Positions 12,257 through 25,698 of a stretch of DNA of 64,000 bases are shown piece by piece. Below the pieces are notes generated by a model, which did not search any database, had not been told where the DNA came from, and was given only the letters and a program-made list of their open reading frames with translations. The stretch comes from Moniliella sp. 'wahieum' (Eukaryota): contig RSEE01000025.1 in the NCBI GenBank assembly GCA_003971905.1, positions 310,001 to 374,000 on the forward strand, given 5' to 3'. Position 1 is the first letter of the stretch, and every line of letters begins with the position of its first letter. The position numbers and the translations under genes are program-made.

Positions 12257-14876
12257 ATGACGACGGATCTGCCGCATTCCGAAGCTCTACAGCCCCTAAT
12301 AAGCATGGCAAGTGCTTGCTCCATCACCGGCCTATCTCACTACTACCTCCATGTCCACCCAACCCGACTTGAATGATGAGAGGGATTGGGAAACGGAGCC
12401 CACCAACAGTGCCCTCCCTCGAATGGCACCTTGCCCATCCAAGCCGAATATCCCTTCCCTTGCGCTTCGTCACCCTCATCGGCCTTCTTTGGAGAGGCGG
12501 GCGACCGGGATTGGTCTCCGCCAGTGAATCTACTTCCCCCTTGGCGTCATTCAATTCAGCCATTGTGACCCAGAATGCGCTCGAAGCGGCTAGCTGGAAG
12601 CTACGATCCCTCCAGTCCTGCAGCAGCCCCAATTCCAGTTCACATGGTCTCCTCCAGATCGACACCAAGCATCTCCCCTCCTCCTTGCCCTTCGAACAAA
12701 GCAACGACCCTCGCACAAGTACCACGCACGAGGTACGGAAAAAGTCGGGGGAACTTGTCAAGCCTTCGCTCAAAATGAGGCCCAGTTCTGCTCAGACCCC
12801 GGCTGAATCGGATCCCTTATTTTCCCCCTTTGGGTTCAACTCTCCAACCCCGGCGCGTGTCTGGGCCAAGAGTTTACCTTCTACTCCTCCATGAAGGCGG
12901 TCCACTTTGACGCGAATTTGGAGCAAGTCAAACTGTTTAACTACCATTCACGTCCGTCGGCCGTCAGCAGCGACACGGCCATTGATCTGACCGAAACGGA
13001 AACCGAAAGCGACAACGACGCGTTCAGGACTCGTTCTTACTTCCCTTTCCTGAACCTAGGGAGCACACCTGTTCGCCCTTCCTCCCACCTCGGTCATTGT
13101 CCTTCCAAGGACCAACTGGGTGGCCTCCCATTTGTTCGTCGGCCAACAGAGACGGGTCAAAGTTGGTGTTGCGGATGCCCAACTTCCCTTCCTCATCCCA
13201 ACTTTCCTCCATGGCTTTCCCCCAACCCGTCTTTCTTGAGCGGATTGTTCTGTCGGAAGACTCTTTCTCCCTCAATGGAACGGTGCAAGTGGAAAACTTG
13301 GCGTATGAGAAGTGGGTTGCCGTGCGCTACACCCTCGATAACTGGAAGACAATCCGGGAGATGGGGTGCACACATCAAGAGACCATCAAGTGCGGCCGCG
13401 CGGACCGCTTTGGGTTACCATTCGTCCGCACCTGTGGCTTGACCCCACGGCTCCCGAGCTTGAGGCGGAGACCGTCGTTACTTCCATCCAACTCTGCCTC
13501 CGGTTCGCTGCTGACGGACATGAGTATTGGGACAACAATAGCGGGAAGAACTACCAACTCGACTTGATCAGTCGGTCGACCCAGCCATCTCGATCGCATT
13601 CCGTTGCGCCCAACAGCAACCTTAGGTCCACGGTGCGGGAGAGCGCAGGGCAAGAAACACGAACGGCGTGGGTCCAATCTGTCAACTCTGCCCGAACCTC
13701 GGGACTGTCCAGCCTCCGTTCCGTCGGTACAAGTTCCACACTGCGCTTCATCGTCTTTCCACTTGGGCCCCAACCCCGGTCCCGACGCAGTCGGAAACAC
13801 AAGTGAGATCGCAGAACGCCGATTCTCCTTGTTGGAGACGATCCGACCCCTTGTGCCCAGATTGTCTTTGCCAACACCTACGAGCAGCCATGGCCTGGAT
13901 TCAGTGCACTCCAAGTTGCCTCCTTCTGGGCATAATGACGTGTCCGCGCCCGCTGGACGGCTAGAACAGCACAACACCCACCTCACTTCGTTCAACAGCG
14001 TACGAAGTTGGGGCTCACGCACTTTGTACAAGTCGACAAGCACGGTACGTCATCCACTTCCAGTTTGGCCCTGTTGGAGATGATAATACTTTCCTGTCCA
14101 ACTGTCTTTTTATCATACAATGATAAGGAGCACTAACCTTCTTGACTCCTCTCTTCGCCAGTCGGACCATACTATTTTCGACGCACCACTTGCTGTAGCA
14201 GAGAGAGTACCAAACCAACCGGATCAACGCCGAGTCCTGTCACCGGTGTCGCCCACCAGAAGCACTTCTGCCGCTCTGGTCCAAACCGTCGTTGGAGAGT
14301 CATCAATGACAGCCGATCTCGAGCCCAACCCATCTGTCACTTCCGGATCGGGCGAGGCTGCTCTGAGCGAGGACGCTTCGGGTCCATTGTCTTCCACTCT
14401 TTGGACCCAGTGCCCCCAACTACCTCCTCCTCCTCACCCCCGAGCCTTGTAGCGGTTGGAAGTGTGGACTCGTCCCTGATGAGCTCCTCCCCTACCTTAT
14501 CCTCTTCGCTGGCCCCCTCATTGTGGTACGAGAGCGAGAGCTTCGTCCGTCGACTGTGGTCTGGGCACAGGGCAGGAGACCAAGAGCATAGCCCGTCTTG
14601 CCGATCCATGCTTGAGGCCACGCCATCGTGGCACTTGGTTTCCCCTTCCCCCTTCTCCCTCTCCCGCACCAGCAGCCTCGACTCGGCCGACACCATCTCC
14701 CCTCCCACTGCCCCCCCTCCCCACCCGACCAGTGCTTCCGTCCCACTCCTCTCTCCCACCGCTTGCCTCAACCGTCACCCCTATGCCCCAGCTGACCCTG
14801 AACCGCGCAACGCAGACGCCCATCAACGTCAGCCCTGTCGCACGTATATCGGACTAATCTCTGATCTGCAACGTTG
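12257..14876 (+). CDS. Protein phosphatase 1 glycogen-targeting subunit (CBM21, Gac1/Gip2-like); frameshifted
   Basis: VRKKSGELVKPSLK, the RVxF-type motif KAVHFD..LEQVKLF, and CBM21 motifs LNGTVQVENLAYEKWVAVRYTLDNW and EYWDNNSGKNYQL. Probable intron at about 14045-14161. Both ends approximate. Confidence 0.85.
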
Positions 14877-15420
14877 AATGGATACCTATGATCATGCCAC
14901 CTCCCTTTGTTCGTTGCACATGTTTTTGACCGCTTTCCTGCAGCCTTCTCCCCTCTTGCTTCATGCTCTCTCGAACAATCTACCGTGTCGGACCCGTAGA
15001 AGAGGGGTGGTTGCTTGGTGCGTGAGGACAGCGCCGCGTTGGCCTCTATTTCGCTCTCTCTGTTGGATAAAAAGAAGCGTTCCGTCGCTGCTTCCCGCTC
15101 GCTTTACGAGGGAGATGGGGGGTAAACAGTACGTGCGCGTTTTGTGGTTCTAGATGAGGCCCCTTTTACCTTGGTACTGTTCGGTGCAGCCCCGGCGTTC
15201 TCTGTAACGCGGTGGGTTCACACCCAAGCTAGCAGGGCCCGAATAAATCTAAGCAGAGTCGTGCAGGACATGTACCAGAGCATACCAATGCGCGGCGGAT
15301 TGTGGGGCAGTGAGATGGGCGGGGACAGGGAGATCGTGCGAGTAGCGTACAGGAATTAAGTTAGGGATATGATGAGGGTGAAAGAGGGAGGGTATGGCGA
15401 ACCGACGGCGCGTTCGATAT

Positions 15421-17029
15421 TCAGAAAAAGACACGCATTGCCTGACCCACCGTCGAATGTGAGGGCAGTAGTAGGGACATTTGACCCGAAGATCTAGGCT
15501 GTGCACGGGGAGAGAAGGGTTAGTTGGGCCAAGCGCACGAGGGGAAAAGAGGAGAAACCGTACGAGCCTCCGTTGGCGAGATTGATCAGGGACTCTTTGG
15601 CGAGGCGTGGCCACAGGGCATGAGCATGGGCGGATTCTTGGTCGAGCCTTGCTCTTTTGACATGGGACAGCAAAATATGGAGTGGAAGTGCAGGTGCGAG
15701 GGTAAGGGAACATCAACCGGCAGTTCATCTGCTTGGCTCCAATCAGCCCTCGATTCCTTTTCATCACGGCCCGGACGCGGAGGATGTTGTGGAGGGTGCC
15801 GTTGGCACCAATGTCGGTGACCATCTGAAGCGGAGCATAGCGCGGCATGAAGTTCACACGGGAATATGTCTCAACAAAGAGTGGGATGAGGTAGGGGGCA
15901 TGAACGCGTTGCGGATCAAAAAGATATCGGTACGGTGCGGGGAGAAGGCTTTCAGGCCCTGTGCGTCCAAGGCCCCCGCCTCGGTGGAAAACGTCTTCTT
16001 CGCCGCTGATCAGGTGGTCCGCCTGACGCGCAGGGAGGCACTCACACACAAACAGCAGCAGAGCAAACATTTTCTGGATTTCATCCAAATGCGTTTGAGC
16101 AAATTGGGCCGAGATGCTTTCGCCCATAGTGCATCGCCGGCCCTGCAATCATCGCATGTAACGAGCTGGTCAAGAATACCGGAGTGGAAGCGAGGGCCCA
16201 CCTGATGGGCTCCGACCACAGTTCGGCGGTGATTGCGCTCATCGATTCTTCGCGCACCCCCCTGCCTCCTCCAAGAGGGCGGTGGCATCGACGTTCCCGT
16301 CTCGGCTGGTTGAGGGTGATGGCGTGCCAATTCCCCATCAGGTGCAGCTGCAGTGGATGCAGACGCCTGCGCCAAGGAGAGGAAGCGACTCCGGTGCATG
16401 CGTATTCGAGCGTGCTTCCTTGCTTCTCAAGCTCTTTTCGATGGGCGCTCGCCCACGCGATGGCGGGGTCGAGTTGACCTTGCTCAAGTGACTTCTGGAT
16501 CGCGATGAGCTCGGAGTAGATGGCACAGGTTTCGTCCAGGGGGAGGCCGGCCTCCTCCGAAAATAGATGAAAAACCTGTTGATCCCCACTTCGTACAAGG
16601 TGGTCCATCACTGTGGCCTTGAGTGCATCCTGTGCCTCCCTGGGAGGAGAAGAGGTCGGGACCGACAGCATCCAAGGCGGAGATGGGGAACGTCTTTCCT
16701 ATCGCTTTGCCCAACGTGGTCAGCACACCATACACTTCTTTCTGGCGTTGGTGGATTGTGTGATGGGATGCAATAACCGCAGACTGGAGCTGGGAGGCAA
16801 TGCCAGACAGGTCCGGTGGAGGTGGCAGCCCATAGGCGGGAAGGGGGGTGTCGGGGTGCCAGGCCGCTAGCTGTGCATCTGCCTGCTCAAACTGGGCGAT
16901 GAGGATGTCGAGGGCGGGGAATACGCCGGGGCGGCTGGATGCACCAACGGGAGAAGGAGGCCGGAGGGGGGGCTGGAGGGAGGGGAGGCGCTGCTGCAGC
17001 AGGTCTAGTTCCGTCTGGATTGCGTTCAT
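15421..17029 (-). CDS. RMD5: GID/CTLH E3 ligase RING subunit Rmd5/Gid2; frameshifted
   Basis: LisH/CTLH-like VMDHLVRSG...SLEQGQLDPAIAWASAHRKELEKQGSTLEY, CRA region HLDEIQKM, and degenerate RING FHSIFCCPMSKEQ..NPPMLMPCGH...VKCPY.CP. Intron at about 15498-15562. Confidence 0.9.
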
Positions 17030-17382
17030 CCCGGGCAGCTGCCTGTGGGCGTGCCGGCGCACAGAGATGGGGCGGACGGGGCGAGAGGCGGGGGGGGTGG
17101 ATGCGCGTATAACAGCCGCCTGCGTGCTACGGAGTACCAATGCACAGCTGGACTACCGTAGTGCCCATAACGCCTCCTGGCCTGTGCTCGCCCCGCCCTG
17201 CCAGGCCAGCCGACAGGCACGACAGGCGGAATGGAGTTGCGGGGGTGCGGGGGTGTGCCCGCCACCAATGTGGGGAAGGCACATCACCCTACATCACATG
17301 CTATATCACACCCCGTGGACGGTTGGGGCCTTGCCTTACCAGTGAGGTCATCGGTCACCTATTCCCTCACGCGGTCTCACGC

Positions 17383-17424
17383 TCACATGTCACATGTCAC
17401 ATGTCACATGTCACATGTCACATG
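17383..17424. repeat. (TCACATG)x6 perfect heptamer tandem repeat
   Basis: Six exact copies counted. It lies between the divergent RMD5 and small membrane-protein genes, with further copies at about 17522-17546. Confidence 0.95.
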
Positions 17425-17790
17425 CACAGCATCACATGCACCGCATCACACCGCAAGGCGCTCGAAGAGGGGATGGGCAACACCGGCGCCACGCCGCTTG
17501 CCCCCCAGGCTGGAGGTTAGCTGTCACATGTCACAGGTCACACGTGATGCCATATTTAAGCGTTAGCACTTCATTCCGTTGCTCCGTAGTTGGTCTGGGA
17601 GAGCACAGCGCCAGTGTCCGAAAGCTGCCAAGCCGGGGATCTCCTTTGCCCGGGGCCTGTTCCTATTGAGTATTGCCTAGGCTGCATTGCAGTGCACCGA
17701 CCCGATCGCAGCAACGCTGCGCACCTCGGCCTTCATTTATATACGCCCCCCCCTCCCCATCTTCCACTTCCCCCTACCTTGTATTCTTCT

Positions 17791-18346
17791 ATGCCTTCTC
17801 TGGCCCAACGCTCCTGGTGCTACGACCGGTACGGGTATCGGTATCGGTGCGGCCTGTCCAATGGCAGCAAGTGGGGCATCGGTACGTCCCCCCAGCCCCT
17901 TCTCATCTGTGCACCTTTTCTGCACCATTCATCCTGACAAGTCTTCATCGGGTGTGCGTGATACTGCTTCATTTGGGACATGCGCTTGCGGCCGACTAGG
18001 CTGGGCAGTTGTCGCAGGGGTGGCTTTGTTGCTGGCCGTCCTCCTGTTCGGCCTGATGCGCCGTCGCCGCCGTCACAGACGCTTACCGTTCAACCGCCTC
18101 TACCTTCCCACCTTCCCAGCCTCTGCCAGCCCCATGACGGCTGCTCAACCGCCGGGATCGGGCTCCTACCCATACGGAATGATGCAATCATCTATGCCGC
18201 CTGAGATGCAGATGCCAGGGCAGGGCGAAACCCCGGCTGGACGGGCCCTGCCCATCCGTCAATGACACCCTCCGGGCAAGAGCCTTCTTTTTTCTTATCC
18301 GCCCCCTCCGGGCCCACCTCCTCCGGCATACTTTCATGAAAAGTGA
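17791..18346 (+). CDS. Small single-pass membrane protein with C-terminal PPxY motif (RCR/Rcr1-like)
   Basis: MPSLAQRSWCYDRYGYRYRCGLSNGSKWGI, then an intron at about 17882-17999, then TM WAVVAGVALLLAVLLFGLM followed by RRRRR. After one apparent frameshift it ends SYPPPPGPPPPAYFHEK*. Confidence 0.6.
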
Positions 18347-18990
18347 AGAGCCTGCATCCATTTCCAGGCTCTCTGTGGTTGTTGTTGTTGACACTGTTGT
18401 TCTGTGCTTCGATTGGCCATACATCTCGAAGACGTTTCTGGCATGTACCGCGGCCAGTCTGTTGCCTACGTATATATATACTGCGATTATATATCTTTCT
18501 TTCGTCCCGTGTGACTCCGAGGAGGATACTAGACACATGTTTTCATCTCACTGGGATTGGAGTGACCCGAGACCCGCGTGATGGTGTCAACTGTCCAACA
18601 CTGCAGTTGCCAATGAGGGTCCGGACAGTGACGCCCAGGTCCATATCACAGCAACAAACCCCAGAATCGAGGTCATGGCGGGTGCCGAAGACCCTATAAA
18701 GGGGGTTGTAGACGCTACCACGCGGCCGCGGATCCGAGGTTGCCCCCCCCCCTCTATCCCCGCGTCACTCGGGCCTTCAACGAAAGTTTCCAGGACTTCG
18801 CGTCTCCATAGGTATACTTCTTCACTTGACGCTCACTCTCAAGTTGCTCGTATGCAGCTGGGCTCTATCAACCTTCACTGCATGACAGCGGCGGGCATAT
18901 GGGTGAAGTTGTCGGTATGCATAAAGAATTGGCAGAAAAAGAGAGAGTGAGCGAAGAAACGTAGGGTCGGACGAACAAAAGGAAAAGAAG

Positions 18991-20232
18991 TTAGTCAAAA
19001 GTAATCTTGGTCCCTTGGCTACCTTCTGCAATCGCACCCGACCGCTTCGCCGCTGCAGACTCCACCTTGGGAGGGTTCGAGGGTGCCGTCGGTTGGGCCG
19101 GTGCCTCCTCTGAATCAGACTCATCGTCGTGCCATCGACACGTTGCCTTGGCTTTTCACTGGTGCCTGGTCCTCCTGTGTTGCCGCCTCCATACGTTGCC
19201 GCCGCTCCTCCACCATACGCATCCGACGATCAAACATGATCTTTCCGACGTGGTCATCTCCCGCGCTGTGCCTTCCAGAGGAGGAAGAAGAGATTCAATG
19301 TCATGTTCCTGCTCATCTGGCGGGGAACGCTGAAGGTCGAGGCAGCAGACTACCATGCAACGTAAGCATATGCTTTGCAACTGTCATGCTCACCACCGTG
19401 AACGTCAGCTTTCCGTCTGCGCCACCAAGACGCGAAAAGTCTTTCTTGTTGCGCCAATAGCCAAGGGAATGCGGCGCACCATGTCTCCTTCCCCTTCAAA
19501 AGGCAGACCCGCCTCGTCGTTTGCTTCCGCCTCGGCTTGCTCAGCCTCTTCCGTCTCGTCATGGACAAACTCCCAATGAGCGAGATCAATGTGCTGCGAA
19601 CTGATGGACGCATTGAACAGGCCATCGAGCAATAGAGATACATGGGATGGCGAGGACAAGATGATCTTCCCCTCCACCTTCATGCCTATCCTCGGGCTCC
19701 ACACCAGGCACCCGACCTGGGTGGGACCAACCCGAATGCGCCATCAGCCTCAATCCGGCCCGTTGGGCGCTGGAAGGACTTGGGGGTGACGTTGAGGGGT
19801 AACCAATACGCCCTGCAGCTAGGGGACGTATCTGGAAATCCTCTTCGTCAGTTGCACAAGATCATCACAACCCTGAAATGGACAGAGAGAAGGGAAACGT
19901 ATGCAAGAGCTTGTGTCAAACAGTTCGGCCACCGCTCGGGTTGGATCAGCAGCAAAACAGGCGGGATTGCCATGTGAAGGGTAGGATACATTTTGCGGTA
20001 GCAAGACACGGCCTCAGAATTCTCGTCCGAATCGGCACCATCAAGCAGAGATAGGTCAGAGGCGCTGGGGACGACGGCTGGTTCTTTGGACTTGTGGGTT
20101 TTGGCGCTGCTGTGCTTGTGCTGGAGCGGGGACTTGGCGTGTTTGTTGTCTTTCCCTCGCTCGTGCGCGGCTTTTGGTCTTGCGCTCGCCCGGCGAGTGG
20201 TTCTTGCGCTTGGAGGGCGTGTCGGAAGACAT
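18991..20232 (-). CDS. RPA43: RNA polymerase I subunit A43; frameshifted
   Basis: RYVP.LQGVLV...VWSPRIGMKVEGKIILSSPSHVSLLLDGLFNASI matches the Rpa43 SHS2/OB fold. Basic N-terminus; ends KITFD*. Confidence 0.8.
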
Positions 20233-20652
20233 GGCGTGGAGGCGGGGCGGGGGTGGGAGCGGAGAGAAGACGCTCAGGTTGAGAGGGGACGCAAAAGATT
20301 TTTCCCACCTGGCCGGCGTCCTGCTTGGGGGGGACGGCAGCGGAGCGAGGAAATATGGCATGTGATGCTGTTGCACCGATGCGCTCAGGCGGAGCCCTCA
20401 GCCTGCGAAGAAACAGGAAGCACAGACGTGTGGGGGTGCTGGCGCTTGCAGGGCAGCGGCGCAGCACGGCACAAGGGGGCAAACGTAAGGTTCAAACGTC
20501 GTGGCACAGGGGCGCTGTGCCCAGCTGCACGATTTTTTTTGCCAGAGGCTGCCGATGGACGCGTTTGCGTCGGGGTGCGTGCAGCAGGGCGGGCTGGCCT
20601 CGCATGCTTGGTGTCCGAGCCCCCCCTTCCCCATCCCCCTTCTGTCCCCACC

Positions 20653-21361
20653 ATGGCTGCCGAAGTCCCACGTTCAAGCTTGTGCTCGGTGCGTACCTCT
20701 CTGGAATTCTGAGCGCGCGTGCGTGCGTGCGTGATACTGACCCTGCCTCCCTCTTGCTCAGTCGGCGACGGCGGCACTGGCAAGACGACGTTCGTCAAGC
20801 GCCACTGACGGGCGAGTTTGAGAGAAGAAGTACATGCCACCCTCGGTGTCGAGGTCCACCCGCTCTCCTTCCACACCAACTTGGCAACATTGTTTTCAAC
20901 GTTTGGGACACGGCTGGCCAGGAGAAGTTCGGTGGCCTGCGCGACGGCTACTACATCCAGGGCCAGTGCGGCATCATGTTCGATGTTACTTCGCGTATTA
21001 CGTACAAGAACGTGCCCAACTGGTACCGCGACCTGGAGCGCGTGTGCGAGAACATCCCCATTGTCCTTTGCGGTAACAAGGTTGATGTTAAGGAGCGCAA
21101 GGTCAAGACGGGCGCTGTCACCTTCCACCGCAAGAAGAACCTGCAGTACTTTGAGATTTCGGCCAAGAGCAACTACAACTTTGAGAAGCCTTTCCTCTGG
21201 CTGCCCGCAAGCTCGTTGGTAACAACAACCTCGAGTTTGTCGCCGCCCCGGCTCTCGCTCCCCCGAAGTCCAGGTCGACGCGGCTCTGATGCAGAAGTAC
21301 CAGCAGGAGCTGGACACGGCCGCCGCCCCCGTTGCCCGACGAGGACGATGGCGACTTTTAA
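20653..21361 (+). CDS. RAN: Ran GTPase (Gsp1/Spi1); several apparent indels
   Basis: [61 protein letters not shown] and acidic tail DEDDGDF*. Intron at 20689-20761. Confidence 0.98.
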
Positions 21362-21705
21362 GCGGTGCACACCAGCCGCCCACACTTTCATCTTCTACCC
21401 CCTCACCTTTGTCCTGCTTGCTCCAGGGGTATTCACCCAGCCTGATGGGCTTTTCGCTCGCTTTTCGCGTCATATCCAATTCGTCCGGGTGGTGTCCATC
21501 ACGTACATGGCGACCAAGGATCCCCTGTACCCATATCTTGGTCGGCCCCTTCTGCATTATATCTTAGGATGGCAAACGTGTTATAAACCGAGTCCGACAA
21601 GAGAGCGACCCTTATACAATACATGGGACCCTAGCAGACGTGTGTCGGTCTGGGACTGGAGAGAGAATAGGAGAAAACTGCGGGGACAATGGGATAAAAT
21701 CCCTG

Positions 21706-23634
21706 TCAAGGTTCCGCGTCCGAAAGGATCGGCTCCCCGTCCCAGATTTTAGTCTGGCCCCGCCGGGAAGACCGGCGCTGAGACTTGGGTCTATCCCGTG
21801 AGGTGGTGGATGGGGAGGCCGGAGGCGGGGGTAGGGTGGGAGTAAAAGAGGGGATCGATGGTTGGATCGGGTTCAACGGACTGCCCTGAGCCGTAAAAAA
21901 GTCGGCAGCCTGCGGGCGACAGCCAAGGTTGCCAAGCGCCTTCTCGTTCTCGCAACAACTTTGTGTGCGGCCCCGCATCCGGCACGAAAAAGTACCGTTT
22001 CGGCCGCTTGCGACGCACCTTGTCCTCTCCAGCGCAGAAGAGGTGTAGGACGAAGCGAGGTCGTGGCTGAGTTTGCTGGGGTTGCCATTCGACGTGCTAG
22101 GAGTAAAAGAAGACCAGTTGAGGGCGGGAGCGGGGCGGACAGACCCGTTGCGGAGCTTCCGTCGCCGGGGCAGGTGCTAGGCAAAACTCCCCATTCCCGA
22201 CTTCAGCTGGGGGTCCTTGGCAGGGTTATCATCTGGCTTCTGCTGGGCCATCGGTATTTATCTCAGAGTCACTCAGTCGTCGCCCGCCCGAGCAAATAGC
22301 CATCGCGTAGCTTGCGGCTGATGCGGACGTCAAGATCAGAGTCTTCATCGTCAGAGTGCTCAGCCATAGCGCTGCCCGCACCTGATTCGACCATGGGTCG
22401 CGACTGAATACCGGGGGCAAAGGGCATGTCACGAGGTGTTGGAGAATTTGATTGCTGCATAGGGGAATGGTCTTTGTGGTCAGTGCTGAACAAATGGTAA
22501 CAAGGGAGCGCGAACGTACCGGATTGACTCAAGATATTGGCGAGTATTGTTGTCGGTCATGCTGTGCGTGGCACGTTGAGTTTGTATTCAGGGCCAAAAT
22601 ACTCCAGTACTGGTTGTAGGGTAAGTTCTCGTCCAGCTCCTTGTTGCAGATAATACCTGTCTCATTGGTCCAGGTGCGGTGCGACATTGCGAATCGTTGT
22701 ACCCTCCTCCTCCGACAGTCATCATGGGTATGCCAAACGATTTGACGAAGCGCACACAGTCAGAATGGCCCTGCTCGACAGGTTGAAAGAACCCAACTTG
22801 TCCCCAGCCAAGCTGTCAGTCCCGCATTGCAACACGATCGCCCCAGGCCGGAACCAGGAGATAATGTGGCCAATAATCTCACGAAATATGAATCCATAAG
22901 ACTCGTCGCTGATCCCGTCGCGCAGCGGTACATTGACGGCATATCCCTTGCCGCGACGGAACCAATCGTCGACGTGCCAGTGCCTGGGAAAAAGTCGCCG
23001 TATTTGTGGAAGGAGCAGGTCATCACGCGATTTGTCGTATAGAAAGCTTCCTCGACCCCGTCCCCATGGTGGACGTCGATGTCAATGTAGAGGACGCGAG
23101 GATGAACCTTGAGCAGCTCGAGGACAGCCAGAACAATGTCGTTGACGTAGCAAAACCACTCGCTTCGCGCTTCTTGGCGTGATGCAGACCACCGCCCCAG
23201 TTAATGCAGATGTCGGACACACCCTGGTTGAGTTTGGCGGCCGCAGAGACAGATCCACCAGCGGAGATAGTGCAGAACTCGTACAGTCCCTCGAAGCCCG
23301 GGCAGTCGTCGCATAGAGGTAACGGGTGCCACCAAAGGTCAGCTTCTCCACCGTCTCTGGGGAGCAGTGTTGGAGAAAGTCGATGTACTCGTCGGTGTGG
23401 AAGCGGGTCAAGACAGCAGGGGTGGCGCGGGTAGGACGAAGAACCTGCATATGCTGGTATAGTCCGTAGTTGAGGATGAGGTTGTTGGCCATGCGCATGC
23501 GATGGGGCTTCATGGGTGCCCATAGCCATAGGAGTAGTTGCCCACGTCGTGGTCGTAGAAGTACGTGACGCGCTGCTTGGCGCCCAGGAACGCTCGGGCG
23601 GCGGTTCTGCGGCGTCTCCATTAGCCACAGACAT
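21706..23634 (-). CDS. RPD3: Class I histone deacetylase Rpd3/Clr6; frameshifted
   Basis: [82 protein letters not shown] and DRLG.FNL. The 3' end is approximate. Confidence 0.96.
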
Positions 23635-23898
23635 GGTCTTGCTGGGAAGAGCGGGGTGGGGGTGGGGGCAGGGATGCTGGGCGAGTCGTGGTGGGTAATT
23701 TCTGCCCACAGGCTCGGTTCCCCGCCGAAGCAGGCCAGACAACCAAAGTTGAAAGTTGGATGCGTCGATCGGCTACGTAAGCGCTTCGGCCGAGCCAGCG
23801 CGGGTTGGTGTCTGCTGCACGTCCGGGCTGCACACGCCACACGCCGGTTCTTCTCGCGGGGACAGCTTCCTCCGGCAACGTCACCCAAGCACACCAGC

Positions 23899-24690
23899 AT
23901 GTGGGCCTCGCGACCAGCCGTAGTGCGTGCTCTGCGCCCCGCACAAACCTTGCTCCGTGCACGTCGCCAGCCTTCATTATTGCCCTTCCTGGCCCGAGAA
24001 AAAACCACCATCGCTCACCACCCGCCTGCCGCCACCAGCCCACGCCAAGCCCCACTCCTCTCGTGCTCATCTCAGGCCTCCAGCTGCAACAGCCTAACCC
24101 ACTTCCCGAGTCCGACGCTCTTCCTGCATCCAACGCACTATGGAAGCCGTGGCTGGATGAGTTCAACTCGAACGGATGGAGTGTGTTGACTGTGGATGTG
24201 GATCTGCCTAAACCCGCTGGTAACTACGACTCGGGCGACGCTGTAGCCCAAGCACTCGAGTCGGAGCTGGTTCAAGCCTTGGCCAATGCGCCGGGGGGCA
24301 GTGTTGCGCCCCCTGCGGTAATTTCCCGTGGTCCCGTTGCTGCGCTCGCAGCGCAGGCTTACATTGCCTCTCACCCTGCCTCCGCGCTCTTGTTGATTGA
24401 CCCGCCTTGTCATACTCCCCCTGGCCGAGTCAGACACGGGCAAGCACCTCTTCACGACTCCACCTTCGGAGCCACGCTACGAAGTTACCTTCCCCGCCCA
24501 TGTTGCTTGGTCTGAGGCGGAGGAGGCACGGCAAAAGGCGGCCGACATCCCCTGGTACGAGGCACACCATATCGAGCATGCTCTCGAAGATAAGGCCGAT
24601 GCAGCGCTGGACAAGATCGTTTGGCCCAACGTCGATTCCGACGGACCTTTCTCAGCACGCGAATGGCTAGAAGACGAAGCGGGACTCTAG
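23899..24690 (+). CDS. Hypothetical protein, possibly alpha/beta-hydrolase-like, with a mitochondrial presequence-like N-terminus
   Basis: MWASRPAVVRALRPAQTLLRARRQ is Arg-rich with no acidic residues. PPAVISRGPVAALAAQAYIASHPASALLLIDPP resembles a degenerate nucleophile-elbow region. Needs frameshifts. Confidence 0.5.
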
Positions 24691-25698
24691 ATGTGTTGGA
24701 GGTAATGCACAGAGTGTAGATGTGGGATTTTGATCATGCAAGCACCGCAATCACACTACTGCCTTCCTTGATGATGAGATCTGAAGTCCTGATGGCCCTC
24801 GGGGGTGATACAGTCACACTAGTGGTGGTGGCGGCCAACCAGCAATGCCTACAGAGGAACATCAAGCAGCCAGTCGCCGCCAGTGGCTAGGGTGTGAAAC
24901 AAGGAAACAGAAGCGAGAAAACAAAAAGGGAACTCCTAGGCCTAAGGAGGGACTGAAGGGACATTGGCCAAAACTCACGAGCCACCCGCTGGCTCAGCAC
25001 TTGAAGCCTGACCGGTGACCCCAGTCTCTCTTCAAGCTTCAAGCTTCACGAAAGAGATCACATGTTACAAGGCCTGCAGAAAGAGAGTGCTTGATATTAC
25101 TATCCTTGACCTTGATATACAAAAGCGGATCACGCTTGCGCGATGCGCACTCATCGATACGCATTCAATACGAGGAACTGCTATCGGATGATATTCTTAG
25201 TGCCGCAGGGGGCCTCGCAGACTTCGGCTGCTTTGTCTGCGTCGCCCTGTCAACATGTCAACGCGTAAGCTTAAGTTCACATTTTTATTGGCAAGTGGGA
25301 TGGGGTTTAGATCTAGACAGCATACGCATTTCGATGCGAACGATGGCCGTCTAGGCCATCATTGATCATTGCATCACGATGAATGATCGATGATCGATGA
25401 TCATAATTATGCAGGTCACGTGCCCTACGTCATTAGCGTCACTCGGTGCACAGATCAGGTTGAACGATGAACGTGAACGTCGACTTCGGCGCTTGAAGCT
25501 TGAGTGGCCAAACTAGTACGACCCCGTGGGTATACCTTGCGTCACCGCGTCACCATTACCTCGGCGATTCCCATCCCCGAACCCTCAGCTTCCCTCGGCT
25601 CAGCTTCCCTCGCCCCCATATAATCCACCTCATACTTAAGCGGGGGAAACGGCCCTTCCTGCGCCTACGCGACAATCCTGCACCTCCTTATTCTCAAC

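Noticed and set aside
17383..17424. Short tandem arrays as CRISPR-like repeats
   Set aside because: The units are 7 bp with no spacers, there are no cas genes, and the context is eukaryotic.
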